This document shows positions 45,717 to 59,345 of a stretch of 64,000 nt of DNA, in pieces. A program made the position numbers and the translations under genes. The first letter of the stretch is position 1, and each line of letters begins with the position of its first letter. Where the stretch lies: contig NEEC01000007.1 of assembly GCA_002189035.1 (NCBI GenBank), positions 2,976,001-3,040,000 on the forward strand, read 5' to 3'. This DNA comes from Utricularia gibba (Eukaryota; Plantae; Magnoliophyta). The notes below the pieces were generated by a model. That model did no database searches. It had not been told where the DNA came from and worked only from the letters and a program-made list of their open reading frames with translations.

Positions 45717-46727
45717 GATTCTCTTAGCTCTTATCCAAGAAGATGTCATTCCCAGAAAACTAACTTAGCCGCGCTTCATACCCAATAACACCAAAAATGC
45801 TTATTAAACAGCTACAGGTTACCTCAAACCAGGTGCGACCTTGCAACTACCGACGGTAGCAGATCGAGGCTACGATAAAGAATCAGTTTTGAAAAATAGA
45901 TTTGAGAGAGGGGGCTATCCCATTATAAAAGAAGCACTTTTGAATGACTTCAAACTTCCAAGTTACCATTTTGTGTAAATTGTATTTTTTGAAAACTTCC
46001 AGGCGAAAGGTCACCTTCAACAGGAAAGGAATTTCCCACTAACCGCCTGATCTATCACGCATTTTCGAGTTCATTCATAAATATTGATGTACACACCGTC
46101 CATATACTACTAATACATTTTTAAAACTAAACATGACCAAGTACTGAGTTGCTTTGAGCCATTTTTAAAACAATCATTCAACTGTGGGAAAGCTGACTCT
46201 GCAGCTGACTGGTACTAACATAAAGTGTGTATTATTTGTGACTTATTTTACAACTTATGATTTAAAGTAAAAGTACAAGTAATTGTTTTACAGAATACCT
46301 CTAATTGTTCTAAAACTTAATTTCTAATTCTATTTTTACTTATTTGTAACTTATTTTAATTTTAACTATTTTAGCAACTTATCACAGATAAAATGTGATT
46401 TATTCAATAAGTAGGTTACTTAATTTAAAACAGACTGCTTCTACTTATACAGACTACACCCAAAGATTTGTTGTTTCCATGGAATTTATAGTTACATCAT
46501 GCGTGTTGTAACAAGTCAAGAAATACTTGGAAACCATACTTTGTGTCGGTTTCAGTTCATGTTCTGTTGCAAGGGTGTAATTAATATTGCCATCCTTTTG
46601 ACACCAATGCATCTCACACCTATACAATTACAGACTGTGGATTGAGTTCCCTTGGGCCATATCTGAGCACTTGAAGTAGAAGAACCATCAGAACGTCTAG
46701 GATTTAACAGAAGAAACCAGAGCTTGT

Positions 46728-49518
46728 TCATGGTTTATCAACATTCGTTGCTTCTGTGTGGGACGGATCAGGGGGACTGCTGCTGACAGTTGAAGCTCCG
46801 GACGTCTCCACCTCAGGAAGCTTTTCCATTGAGGCATTCATGTTTATCTTGATCCTGCATGAAGGTTTGGATGAAAGACAGCTTTTTCGAAGTGGGCCAC
46901 TTGAAAATCGAAACCTGGGGGTTTTGTCAAAAAATAGAGCCATCTTACCTGTTGTGTATATTCACATATTCATCTGTCTCATCAAGTATCTCCTCCTGGA
47001 AAGGAGAAAATCGTAGCATTGTAGTGACGGTGGTCTGGTGTATAAAAAATGGTGATGCTCTCTCTAGTAAGCGGGTACCTGAAGCAGCTCCTCGATAACA
47101 TCTTCCATTGTAATGACGCCAACCACTTCTTGATTTGGCGGAAAAACGGGGAGCGAAGAATTTTCCAGATCTAATATGCAGTGCGAACATCCCCTATGCC
47201 TTTTCTTGTAACCAGGAGTAGCATGAGCGCTTTTGTCACAAAAATCGCCTTCGTTTGAAAACAAGCCTGCATCGTGTGCAGACACGATCCCATCACCATT
47301 TTGGTTATCTGAAAAAAGGCAGGCTCATCATTGTTAAACATCAAGTAATAGATATTCAGAACCACTAAAATTATACAGATAAGATAGCAATATTAAGCAG
47401 ATGACATACTTCTGGTTTTCTGGGATCTCCCCTTCCTTTCTTTTGATTCCTTGTAAACAACCGCAATGTGACTATGGCCCTTCTGAAACTCATTGAGTAT
47501 ATCATACAGTGGCATGTCTCCGGAGACCCTTTTGATACGAAGCAATGCATGAGAAATGGGTAACAATCGCTGACCAGTTTCAAAAGGCATACCATTTGGC
47601 TACCTCACCTGGGAATTTTTCTGATGGCCATTTTTCTTAGAGGTACAGCATCCCGGGAATCAACTGCCAGTAGATTTTTAACCTGAAAAACAAGAAAGTA
47701 ATAATATTCCGTTCACATGATGAAGATAAGCACGATTACCATAAGAGAAACAACATCAACCTACCAAAATGAGACCAATAATATCATTAGGATTTCTATG
47801 GTAAACAGGAACCCTGCTGTGGCCCTTAGTCATTATTTCGTTCAATGTTTCCCTGATCAGGATGAAGATCGTTATGCAACTTGATAGAAACATGAATAGC
47901 ATGACATGTTAACAAAAATAAACTCAAAGCTCAACCCACAAATCAAGAGTTGCATCAAGGTCAAGCAAAAATGCCTTCGATATAGGTGTCATTGCATCTT
48001 TTGCAGTCTTTTCAGTTAGCTCCAGAGCCCCAGCAATAATTGTAGTTTCATCATGCGTCAAATCCCCACCCTTCCCAGCCTGCAAAGAATTGGTGATTTC
48101 CAGAGTGGTACAGTCAAATTCATGAAACAATAACATCTGAGGCTCCAAGTCAGCGCGAAGTGTATATTTCTACCTCATTGCCATGAAAATCAACAAAAGT
48201 TTTCAGCTCCGCTCTACGCAGAAGTGCAGCATGGCCTTTACCCAGCATGAAATCCAGAATCTGGAAGTGGGAAGAAATCCCAGAGACAGGGATATAAGAT
48301 AAACAAACATGAAGAACTCACAGGTTAATCTTGGAAATAAATGTGACAAGCAGCACGAAACCGACAGCCTTAATCACATGCACTAGCAACTTGAGATGGA
48401 TATATAAAAAAACACGGGTAAGATATTGTGGCATGCTGTAGATAAGTTATCTAAAAAGGCCCATTTCTTTCCGGATACCTTACTAATTGGATAAGCAACT
48501 GGATAGAATGCCCATATAAGCATACGAACAAAGGGTGCCACAGTTGCGCCGATCGCTAAACCATACCGAGTGCATAGTGCTTGTGGCATGATCTTCCAGA
48601 AGAAAAGAATGAGTTACAAAGTAAAGAGGTAATAAAATCACATGCATGCTCTGGTAGTCGCAGAAGATGGATACCTCACCAAACATGAGAATGAGAGTGA
48701 CTGAAACAACAACAGCAGCCCAAGGAGGCACGAGTGCGTCCAAAAATATAGGCAGTGACTGGAACAAGAAAAGGTAAATTCATCAGTATCTCTCTTAAAG
48801 TTGCTCATTTCAGAGCTATCACTAAAACCACAGCGATCAACTTCTAAACATTGCCTAGTTTACCCAACTAGTAACGAAATAAAATAGTTCCTTTAAATTT
48901 TTTGGAATCCACCGACCTCCATTGCCAGAGAGTTGCCAATCAACAGCGTACACAGCAGAAGATGCTGGTTCTTGACTACTGGAAGAATTTTTGCTGCCAA
49001 AGAGACAAATTTCACTTGCATGCTCTTATAAAAATCCACACTAGTAGGGTGACAGAGTAAGATTAAACCATTATCGGTCATATAAAAAGCATAAAAGCTT
49101 TTGCCCCATAAAACATAACCCGCAAAGTTTTGCCCCCAAAGATAAAAAATGTACAGGGTGGGAATAAGCGATAAGAAATGAATGAAACAATTCCTCTCGC
49201 CAAACGAATCCACATCCTCTTCCATGTCAGAACTGAATACAATTGGTTTGTCCCATAAACCCCAGAAAGCCATCCAGCCGGGTCCAAACAAAACTCAAGA
49301 TAAAGCAATCAAAAAGAAAGAGAGTATACAGTACAGGCATGAACACGATCTTTAGGGCGACCCGATTTGCTAAGTACTTCAAGCTCAACAAGACCAAGAG
49401 ACATCAGTCCCAGAGTCAAACCCGCCATAAGCCCAGCAAACGCCACCAGCCCCACAATCACAAGCAGGAACAGAAAGAATTTGCTGTGACAACACGGCAC
49501 ATCTTGATGATTCGCCAT
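46728..49518 (-). CDS. CNNM/DUF21 transmembrane plus CBS-domain protein (At1g47330-like)
   Basis: [113 protein letters not shown]. Confidence 0.93.
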
Positions 49519-49952
49519 TTTTTCTACCCCGCCGCCTTCTCAATCACAACCCAAAGCACTCCAACAAGAACCCGGCTGATGCGAGACCTCACTCCTCAGG
49601 GGTAGGAATTCGAATCACCGTTTTGGAGTGTGATCCTCGCTGCTTTCCTCATCTTTTTTTTGACTAATGAACCTAAATCTTTTTCTAATAATTACAGTGC
49701 ATAGGCATCATTAATTCAGATTACGTCGTAATTAATGCTAACAGCTGGGATTAATTATATTAACGGATATATTGATTGAGGAATGCGACCCGGATGGCAA
49801 GTGGATCCGTGGACTGACAAACAGGGTTCAGATATGATTGAGAGGCCGTTCCGGGCAGTGTCCTGGGTGGGGTAGCGGAGCGGAGGGAGAGGAGACGAGA
49901 ATCTTCTCTGTCTTTGCTCTGCGGAATTTCCCCCTCTAGGACTGGGAGGGAG

Positions 49953-52041
49953 ATGGGTCTGGGTTATCATCAAAACATCAACCACCAATCTGATGGTGAC
50001 GCCGCCGCCGTCGTAGCCCCGCTCGTCATCGGGCTGCAGCCGGCGGCGATGGTCGACCATGTTGCCAGAGTTGGTCGATCCCTTTTGTCCCGAATTCCCG
50101 GCGAACCCGGTGGCTCTTTTCCAGTATATTATTCCCCCTTATCTATTCTATCTGTATCTTGAATAGGGGTTACTCATATGCTGGTTTCTTTCGTTCGTTT
50201 TGGGTATCTCCCTTTAGTGTAAAGCTGCAATTTTTAGCCCTCGGTTGTTGCTTATGCAGTATATTATTCCCCCTTATCTATTCAACTCGATGTTAATCTT
50301 TGCAGGTTGATGCCAAGGAGCTGAAGTTCATTTTGGACGAAGTTGTCAATTCACATAAGTTTGATTCTCCAAATGGCACTGCCTCATTGAAGACAGTAGC
50401 TGGTGGGAGTATAGCAAATACGATCAGAGGCCTTGCGGCGGGTTTTGGTATCAGTTGTGGGATAATTGGAGCTTATGGCGATGATGATGAAGGAAGTCTT
50501 TTCGTAGATAATATGAATTCCTATAACATTGATTCCTCCAAATTGAGACCCAAAAAAGGGCCTACGTCACAGGTTAGATCTTTCCATTTCTGTCTATGCC
50601 CAAGGATACAGTGGTTAAATGATTCAACGTTGATGCAGTGTGTTTGCTTAGTTGATGAAGTGGGAAACAGAACAATGCGACCGTGTCTCCTAGGCACCGT
50701 GAAAGTTCAGGTAAATGTATTCTTGATGCGTCAGATTTCATGCTGATGCTCATTTTAGATGGAACATTGAAAAATTTCAAAGCTTTTCTATCTTTAAAGT
50801 TAATGCATCTCTTAACGTTATGTCTTACCAGGCAAATGATCTGACTGCTGCTGACTTCAAAGGCTCCAAGGTGAAGTATAACCGAAATATGACTTCCCTT
50901 TTAGAATTCAAATTCTTAGTTTTTGCATCTCTTGATTGGTGTTGTTTAGAGACAGACCATATCGACTGCAATATTGTTCACCATGATCATTAATGTGCAA
51001 ATCCTTGGCGTCCATGAATGATACTGGATGAATTGATATATGTGCTATGCTTATAAAATGAAGCGTTTTAGTAGGAAGTCGAAATGCTTTTTGAGATGGT
51101 TGCAAGCGAATCTGGAGGGTGTTTGAGAGTGGGTGCAATTTTTTTGACTATTCCTTCTAATCAGAAAATTGCCAACATGTTTCTGATGGTGTTACAGTGG
51201 CTAATGATGAGATATGCCATACTAAATATGGAAGTTATCCAGACTGCTATTAAGCTGGCAAAGCAAGAGGGTCTTCTGGTCTCGCTAGATCTTGCCAGCT
51301 TTGAGGTAGCATTTCACTGAATCTGTATGGGATTCCGCTGAAATAGGATTTGGATGTTTTGCCTTTTGCAAAATGTGTTCTTTCCCTCCACAGATGGTAA
51401 GGAAGTTCAGGTTGCCTCTTCTAGAATTACTAGAATCTGGAACAATAGACCTCTGCTTTGCTAATGAAGATGAAGCTGCAGAACTTCTGAGGTGATGTTC
51501 TCATTTGTCGGTCCATTGTCATCTTTCAAGCAGCATCAGTTGTTGATCTATTATTTTTCCAAATAGCAGGGATGAAGACAACACAGATCCAGAATCCGCC
51601 CTCAACTTTCTGGCCAAGCACTGCCGATGGGCGGTGGTTACATTAGGCTCAAGGGGATGCATAGCTAAGAGTGGAGATGAGGTTTCTTTACCTTTTGTTT
51701 GTCCCATTGCTTTCTCCATAGCATGTCCTCATTAACCTATTGCACAGGTTGCCTGCGTCCCTTCCGTCCATACAAATGCCATTGATGCGACTGGTGCAGG
51801 TGACCTGTTTGCCAGTGGCTTCTTGTATGGACTCTTGAAGGGGTTGACACTGGAGGAGTGCTGTATGATTGGTTCGTGTAGTGGCGGATGTGTGGTCCGT
51901 TCTCTTGGAGGTGAGGTTCCACCGGAGAGCTGGTGGTGGATGTATCAGCAGATGCAGAGCAAGGGATATCATTTGCCTAAACCATTGAAGCCGTGCCACA
52001 AGGACGACGGTAGTTTTCATCTGGTTCATGTTTCTGAATGA
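49953..52041 (+). CDS. pfkB-family carbohydrate kinase (At1g19600-like)
   Basis: PLVIGLQPAAMVDHVA, AGGSIANTIRGL, CVCLVDEVGNRTMRPCL, SLDLASFE, FANEDEA, VVTLGSRGC, DATGAGDLFASGFLYG (pfkB signature). Confidence 0.92.
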
Positions 52042-52577
52042 TGGGTCGGACCTGTCATCAGAAATATTGTTTGCTTTTTTCAAACTCATTTGTATGGCTG
52101 ACTGATTCGACTCAGTGGCCGCACCATTGAATTGAAACCCATCTCGTTTTGATTATTGTGTTGGTTCTAACATGCTGACCAAGTCGAGAAATAGCGATGT
52201 TTTGCGATGTCATGACCACTGGATGTTTGGTCTGGGAATCATCCGTCTTACCTTGGAATCGTTCCCAGCTTTTGGTTGATGCTGATCAAGTCGAGAAAGT
52301 TGGGTAGAAATTTAGTCCGCGCACTCATGGAAATTCCAGTCCTCAAGGGAGATTGTTCTTCCCAACTAAGAAGAAATCTGGCAAAGTGAGGAAGGAGCAG
52401 CAGCCTCTTTTGTTCTTCATTGCTGCTACTCGACGATCGACAAGGGAATCAAGCTTTTGGTTCTACGAACTTGTTGTCTCTGAAGAATGAGGTCGTTTGC
52501 ACACTGAATTTGCCAGTTTCTTATGCATTCTTTGCACACCATGTGACTGACTGTTGAATGGTGGGAGAGGACTCTAG

Positions 52578-55119
52578 TGATGGTCTGTTCTCTATTCGTG
52601 AGATGAGACAGTCACATCAACCTCACAACACATTTAATTAGATCTTAAACATGTGCTTAGATTGGAGTCTATTATAAGACTGTTAATGGGTTGCTTGTTG
52701 AAGGGCTTGATTTGGCAAGAACTCAACATTAACAGTCCATATCCATTAGCGACCTCTTTCTCTTTCTTACAATGTGATATAGGCAGACTACATGGGGCGG
52801 GCCCATAGGTTTCAAGCCCAAGTCCACGAAATTTAGTGTTTCCCTTCGGAATTCAAGTATTCCTCTATCGTCCTTGGCTCCAGACTCCGGCTGAGTGCGG
52901 GCCAAAAGCAAGGTCAACTCTAAGCTTGATTACTTGGTGTTTCAGGTTGGAGGTGAGGTTTAAAGCTTGTTTTTACTACGTGCGACACAGATTCCTAAGT
53001 TTTGAAGCTTGTGGAGGCTCGTCGACACTGCACAAAGAGTCTCGGTGTTGCGTCATGTTTGTCTTACTCTATTTTATCCTTTGTTCCTACTGGAGTTGTA
53101 ATGGGGGCACCACAATCATTGCTGAATATTTGCCCTAGTGGAACGCTTTGTTTTAAAAATCAGTCGATGTGAATCGGTTTCAACCGTCCGTTTACATCAT
53201 CTTGTCGCTAGAAGGAGGGCCACAGCCATGTCTTGAGGTGGACAGGGAGGTCGAGGATTTGATAATGAGTCGTACAGGTGAGATAGGCGAGACCTTGTGA
53301 TTGATGAACGCCTTGATGCTCTTGAATTGAAAATGGAGCAACTATTGACATCGATGGATGTCCTGCTCGATCAAGGATCAAGAGCCACCCCTAAGCAAGA
53401 TCACTCGGGAACCTCTTCAACAGGGGGATTTGAGCATAGATTTATTGAACGAAATGGGCAAATGGGGGTGGATAGGTGTTGGGGATCGAGGATGCGAATT
53501 GATGTTCCGAAATTTCACGATAGCCTACAAGCGGAAGAGTTCTTAGACTGGATAACTACAATGGAGGCTGTGTTTGAGTACAAACAAGTTTTGGAGGATT
53601 TTCGTGTTCCCCTGGTGGTAACATGGCTTCGTGGTCGTGCAGCTTCTTGATGGGAGCAACTGAAGCTCACCTGCAATCAAATGGGAAAACCCAAGATTAA
53701 ATCCTAGGAAAAAGATGAAGAAGCAAATGCGTCTAAAATTTTTTCCCTATAATTTCCAAAAAGTCATGTTCCAGAAGTTATCTAGCTTGCGTCAGGGTTC
53801 TAAATCGGTGGAGGAGCATGCAGATGGCTTTACTTGCATGTTGTCCCGTATTGAGCTACAAGAGGATGAAGAACAATTGGTGGGGTGCTATTTAGCATCA
53901 CTCCGTTCGAGTATTCAGGATGAACTAAATATGTATGATCCCATGAGTGTGGATGAGGCCTTCCAACGAGTTTTGCTAATAGAACATCGAGCACGACGGG
54001 AAACTTTGACTCCTACTGGCATGACTCCCCCATTCCCTGGACTCAACTGTCTGAAACCTCGTGTGAACCTATTACAACCTGAGAGCTGCTCTAGTCACGT
54101 TGTTACTGATCGTATAAAAAGTCAGATTGTAAAAAAAAATATGGAAAGAGAGTGATGATGGCTGACAAGAATGATGAGTCTGAGGAAGATGACCCCTTAC
54201 CAGTTGGTTCAGAGAACTCTACTAGAGAGGGGGAGGAATGGGTTCAAGGCGACCCCATATCGTATTTAATGCTTCAGCGGGTTTTTCTTAGCCCAATTTA
54301 GGAGGATAAACATCAATGTCTCAGGAAAAATATATTCCAATCCTATTGTACAATTCAAGGAAAGGTTTGCAAGTTCGTAATTGATAGTGGGAGTTTCGAT
54401 AATTTTGTTTCAGAAGAAGTTATCAACAAATTGCTGATTCCTACAGAACCATTACCAGTTATCACGATTTGAGAAAAAAGAGTTTGTAAATGTAGAAAAA
54501 AGGGCACTGATCAATTTTTCTGTGGAAAAAATTACAAGGACTCCATTTGGTGTGATGTGGTTCGTGTGGACATGTGTCATTTACTCTTGGGTCGGATGTG
54601 GCAATTCGATCGAAAAGTCTTTCACTCCGGACACAAGAACACCTACATGTTTTGGTTTAACCAAGTAAAGATTGTCCTATTACTGTCAAAACCAGCATCC
54701 GAGGGGACTCCGCTAAGGGTTTTAGCCAGCTGTCAGCTTGACAACTAGAAGAGGAATTGATAGCAAGTAATGATATTATCTTACTTAGGATGGCCTCTAT
54801 AACTACATCTAAACACACTCTAGAAGTGGAAGAGCTATTAAAAGAGTTTGACTCAGTCTTCCCTCTAGAGCTACCAGATGGGTTACCCCCATTTCGTGAG
54901 ATTCAACACCAAATCAATCTGCTATCAAGAGCCTCCCTTCCTAACCGGCCACATTGCTGGATGACCCTTGCTAAGCATGAAGTGGAAGAATTATTACACA
55001 AGGGTCATGTTCATGAGAGTCTAAGCCCATGTGCGGTTCTCAACATCTTAGTTCCTAAAAAGGATGGATCCTGACGGATGTGCATGGATAGTAGGATCAT
55101 CAACAAGATTACGTTAAGG
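52578..55119 (+). mobile_element. 3'-truncated degenerate Ty3/gypsy element, CRM-like (putative LTR, gag, protease, start of RT)
   Basis: IDVPKFHDSLQAEEFLDW...VPLVVTWLRGRAAS*W; LRQGSKSVEEH; KVCKFVIDSGSFDNFVS; CHLLLGRMWQFDRKV; LVPKKDGS*RMCMDSRIINKIT, ending at 55119. LTR boundaries approximate. Confidence 0.8.
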
Positions 55120-55544
55120 TAGAGGTGGAATTGTGGAACCGACGGTTCCGACCCGTGTGTGAACTGTACTGTTCACGGTTCCGACCTGTGAACCGTGCGA
55201 TTCGGATTTAAAAATAAAAAACAATTTAAAAAAAATTAGAAAAAATTAAAAACAATTAAAAAAAATTTTTATACTTTTCTCAGGCACGCATACGAAGGAA
55301 GTGGATGACTAAAAAATCTTCTCAAACACTAATGGGGTATAAATCAATTTTCGCCCTTAACAAAGACCCATTCCCAAACACACCCACGACAGATGTGGGT
55401 GCCTGAAAAATGGTCTCAGATACCCTCACGACACACTCTCTTAAATTACATACACTTATTTTTCATCTTCTTGATTTCTTTTGTTCACAAATGACAATAT
55501 ACATCCATGGCTTTTGAGATTGAGTATTCATTGTCCTCCTTGAA

Positions 55545-55810
55545 CCAAGACCATATGTATCTCACATTAACGTTACCTATGAAATAAGTAATTTCATAAG
55601 AGTCCAATACACGGACGCGGATTATACATAAACGATTCCCATGTGTATCCTCTATTAACGCTACGTATGAAATACGTAATTTGGTAGAAATCCTACACAC
55701 AAACATAGGTTATACATAAACCACACCTGTGTATATCTCACATTAATGGCACCTACGAAATAAGTAATAAGGTAGGAGTCCAACACATTTGTGTATTCAA
55801 CTCCTACCAA
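55545..55810. repeat. Degenerate tandem repeat, 88-bp period, 3 copies
   Basis: Core (G/A)TATCTCACATTAA...TA(T/C)GAAATA(A/C)GTAAT recurs at 55557, 55645 and 55733. Confidence 0.75.
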
Positions 55811-56593
55811 ATTACTAATTTCGAATGTTGCGTTAATATAAAATAATTCAATATATAAATTTAAATACATAAATCAAAGTTTATGTTGAACTGTGTTTTT
55901 TGTTGTAAAATAGGTTAATAAAACAAAAATTAATAATAAAAAAATTCCAATTTATGTGATTATTCGAGAATGAAATATATGTTTTATATTATTTACATAA
56001 AAATAAATTATTAAATTTTGATGGAGACATATATTAAGCTCACTTGTTTATTGAACTATAACTCAATAGATTTATATGCTAAAACAGAATAACAATAATT
56101 CACAAAATATTTTAACATTTCATTATCTATATATTTTTCTCAATAACTAGTTATGCATTGCCAAGATAACTAATGTATCTATATTGGTAACGCAATGTAT
56201 ATTTAAACATAAGTATATATTTAAAATACTAATGTAAAGACTGCTATGGCAGCATCATATCTAAAATTTTTATTTAAAATATATTTGTTATCTATATGTT
56301 TATCTCAACGGCTAGTTTATGCATTTGTGATTGTGCAGACTGTGGAGTTGCACATGGTTTTGAAAGTAACCATTGCTATTACTTTTATTAATAAAATTTG
56401 TCTATATATATATGATATGGTTATTTTATAATTTTCCACTACTTTCTCTTATTGTCTCATTACTCAGTACTAGAAATAATTCTATTTCAACTTCTACGTG
56501 ATTGGAGGTACTCTCAAGTGTCAAGTTTCAGATTTCCACTTGGACGACATTGATGAAGCCTGCAGAGTAATAGGTTTTTTTATTTTTTACAGA

Positions 56594-58674
56594 ATGGAGG
56601 GGTCTGGTTTGCGAAATTCTTCTCAAGCTTCTCAAGCTAATTCTACTATACCTTGTGTTTTTGAAAATAATAGAGAATTTTCTTTTGGGGAAGACCTTCA
56701 ATTTTTACAAGAGCTTGAATATGGTCCTTTACCCGAACAAGATGATTTTTCTAGTCCTCAAGAAGAGGGTTCTTCCACCTCATCTAGTCTCCTTTGTCGT
56801 AAAAGATCGAAAAACACTAATAATGATTCTCTGGATATTCGAGAACATTTTGTTTTTTGTAATCCCGAAAAAATTTCTTGCAAACATTATGGTAAAGAGT
56901 ACACTTTCAAAAAGGGGTTGGGGAAGCGGTACATATAAGACGCATGTTAGAGAGAAGTATAATGATAAATTACGTCAGTTTCTTCAAACTAGATTATGTT
57001 TAGAGGGTGACAATAGTGTGAGATTATCTAATTTTGTTTTTAATTATAAACTTTTTCAAGTGTGGTGCATTATTTGATACTTAATGAACTTACTTTTTCA
57101 TTAGTTGAAAAACCTTCTTTTAATGATATGTTGAAACAAGCTCAACCAGGATACAAAAATTTTTTTAGGAAAACCGCACATCATATGGCACTTGAGGATT
57201 TTAAAAATATATGTGACTATTTAATTTTTATTTTTAAGTCTCTACATTGTAATTTTTGTTTGACTTGTGATGGTTGGAAAGGTTGTAACAATGAGAGTTA
57301 TATTGTTATTACATGTTCTTGGGTAGATAATTCTTGGTGTATGCAAAAACGAATTTTAGCTTTTCAAGAATGGCTATCATCACATAATGGTTTTTCTATT
57401 GCTAAAATCATTGAAAAGGTCACAGTATTTCATGGAATATCTGATAGGATTTTTTTCTATTTCTTTGGATAATACCTCTACAAATACAAATACTATAGAC
57501 ATTTTGAAAAGTAACATGAATCCTATATTAAATAACATTTTTTCCACACTAGGTGCACTTGTCATATATTAAATTTGTGTGTTCAAAATGATTTGAAAGA
57601 ATGTGAAATTTTTTTAACTCCTATTCATGATTTAATTAGTATGATTAGAACTACCTCTAATAGAAAAGATGATTTTAAAAGGATTTGTCAAGAAACGAAC
57701 ATCTCTTATCGTAAATTTAAAAGTGATTGTCCAAATAGATGGAATTCTACATATGACATGTTACAATTTTTTATTCCTTATGAATATGTTCTTATTGAAT
57801 TTTGTAAATCTGTCACGGTTTATAATTTCTTGACTCATTTGTATTTTTGAAAAAATAAGAGGTTTAGTAAATTTATTAGAAATATTTTATTCTTATACTA
57901 AGATTTTGAGTTGTATTTACTATCCAACTTCTCAACTTGTGCTTTCATGTATTTGTAAAATTTCGTTTGCTTTTTATGACCATCAAAGTGATTGTGATTT
58001 TTTGGGAGACGTAGTACGAAATATGAAAAATAATTTTTTGAAATATTTTGATGTCCCACATTTGTTTCTTATTGCATTTATTTTGGATCCCCGGGTTAAG
58101 TCTAAAGGTATGAAAACATTACTTGAATGTATTTCAGAATCATTTATTGTAGATGATGTTGGTTTTTCCATTAAAAATTGTGAAGAAATAGATGTTGATG
58201 GCAATAATGTTCTACATGTCATGTATTCCCTTTATGCTTCTAAAATAGTGATCTTAGTGTTCCTATTCCTAAAGCATGTAACAATTCGACATTTGGTAGT
58301 CACAATCCAATGGACATTATTCGTAGGAAACATAGTTCATTTTTGTCCTCCTCTTCATCATCTTCATTAAACTCTATTGATCAAATTACATTTTACAATA
58401 ATACTCCTATTGTTGAGGATGTTGATGATGACAACTTTGATATATTTGGTTGGTGGAAGACAAATTCTACTACTTACCCTATCTTGGCTAAAATGACCAA
58501 AGATCTTCTAACATCTTCAGCATCTACAATGGCATCCGAAAGTGCATTTAGTGCAGGGGATTAGTTTTTAATCACAACCGCTCCAAATTGAATATAGAGA
58601 CCCTGGAGGCATGCATTTGTCTAAAGGATTGGTTGGAGGCTGTGAAATCAAACCTTATCCTCAAGTTCAAGTGA
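56594..58674 (+). pseudogene. hAT transposase (BED finger, RNase H-like core, hATC dimerisation domain; RICESLEEPER/DAYSLEEPER-like), broken by +/-1 shifts
   Basis: IREHF...SCKHYGKEY, LTCDGW, KRILAF, HTRCTCHILNLCVQ, CPNRWNSTYDML, YYPTS, FILDPRVK, DIFGWWK...YPILAKMTKDLL...ASESAFSAG...RSKL..ETLEACICLKDW. Confidence 0.9.
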
Positions 58675-58810
58675 AGATGAAGTTGAAGACTCCTAATTTG
58701 GAAACATTTAGTGCTCCATGAAATAATATTACTTTGTAAGAAAATGTTGTATTCATGTTTTTAATTAAAAGTGGGTGCCTGGAATTTGATCGCAAACTCG
58801 CAAACATCCT

Positions 58811-59345
58811 CCCGAGGCACCCACATGAAGGAAGAGGGTGTCTGGAAAACTGTCTCAAATACTTCTTTCCAGGTACCCATATAAGAGAAGTGAGTGCCTA
58901 GAAATCACTCTTCTCAGACACCCACACAATGCATTATTTTGTAGGTGCCATCCAACTCTTTTTCCTGGACACCCTCCCTAGGCACCCACATGAGGGAAGA
59001 GTGTGTCTGGAAAACTGTCTCAAATACTTCTTCCTAGACACCTCTATAAAAGAAGTGGGTGTCTGGAAATCACTCTTCCTAGACACCCACACAATGCATT
59101 ATTTTGTAGGTGCTGTCCAACTCTTTTTCTTGGACATTCTCTCGAGGCACCCACATGAGGGAAGAGGGTATCTGGAACACTATCTCAAATACTCCTTCTC
59201 ATACACCCATATAAGAGTTGTAGGTGCTTCGAAATGGCCTTATCCACTCTTTCCAGACACCCACACAACGCATTCGGGGTGCCTGGAAAAAGATATCTGA
59301 CTCTCTTTCCAGACACCCACACGAGGCAATGTGGGTGTCTAGAAA
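58811..59345. repeat. Tandem array of 165-bp units built from short inverted motif pairs (AG(G/A)CACCCAC ... GTGGGTG(T/C)CT)
   Basis: AGGCACCCACATGA starts at 58815, 58980 and 59145 (exact 165-bp spacing); partial units follow to about 59345. Confidence 0.9.

Noticed and set aside
46130-46470. Possible MITE between PMT28 and the CBS gene (similar AT-rich patches at about 2300-2620 and 37450-38350)
   Set aside because: No convincing TIR pair or TSD could be identified by eye
58811-59345. CRISPR-like array, or the 123-aa ORF 58929-59300 as a gene
   Set aside because: Eukaryotic context, no unique spacers and no cas genes; the ORF is simply the repeat unit (165 = 55 codons) translated
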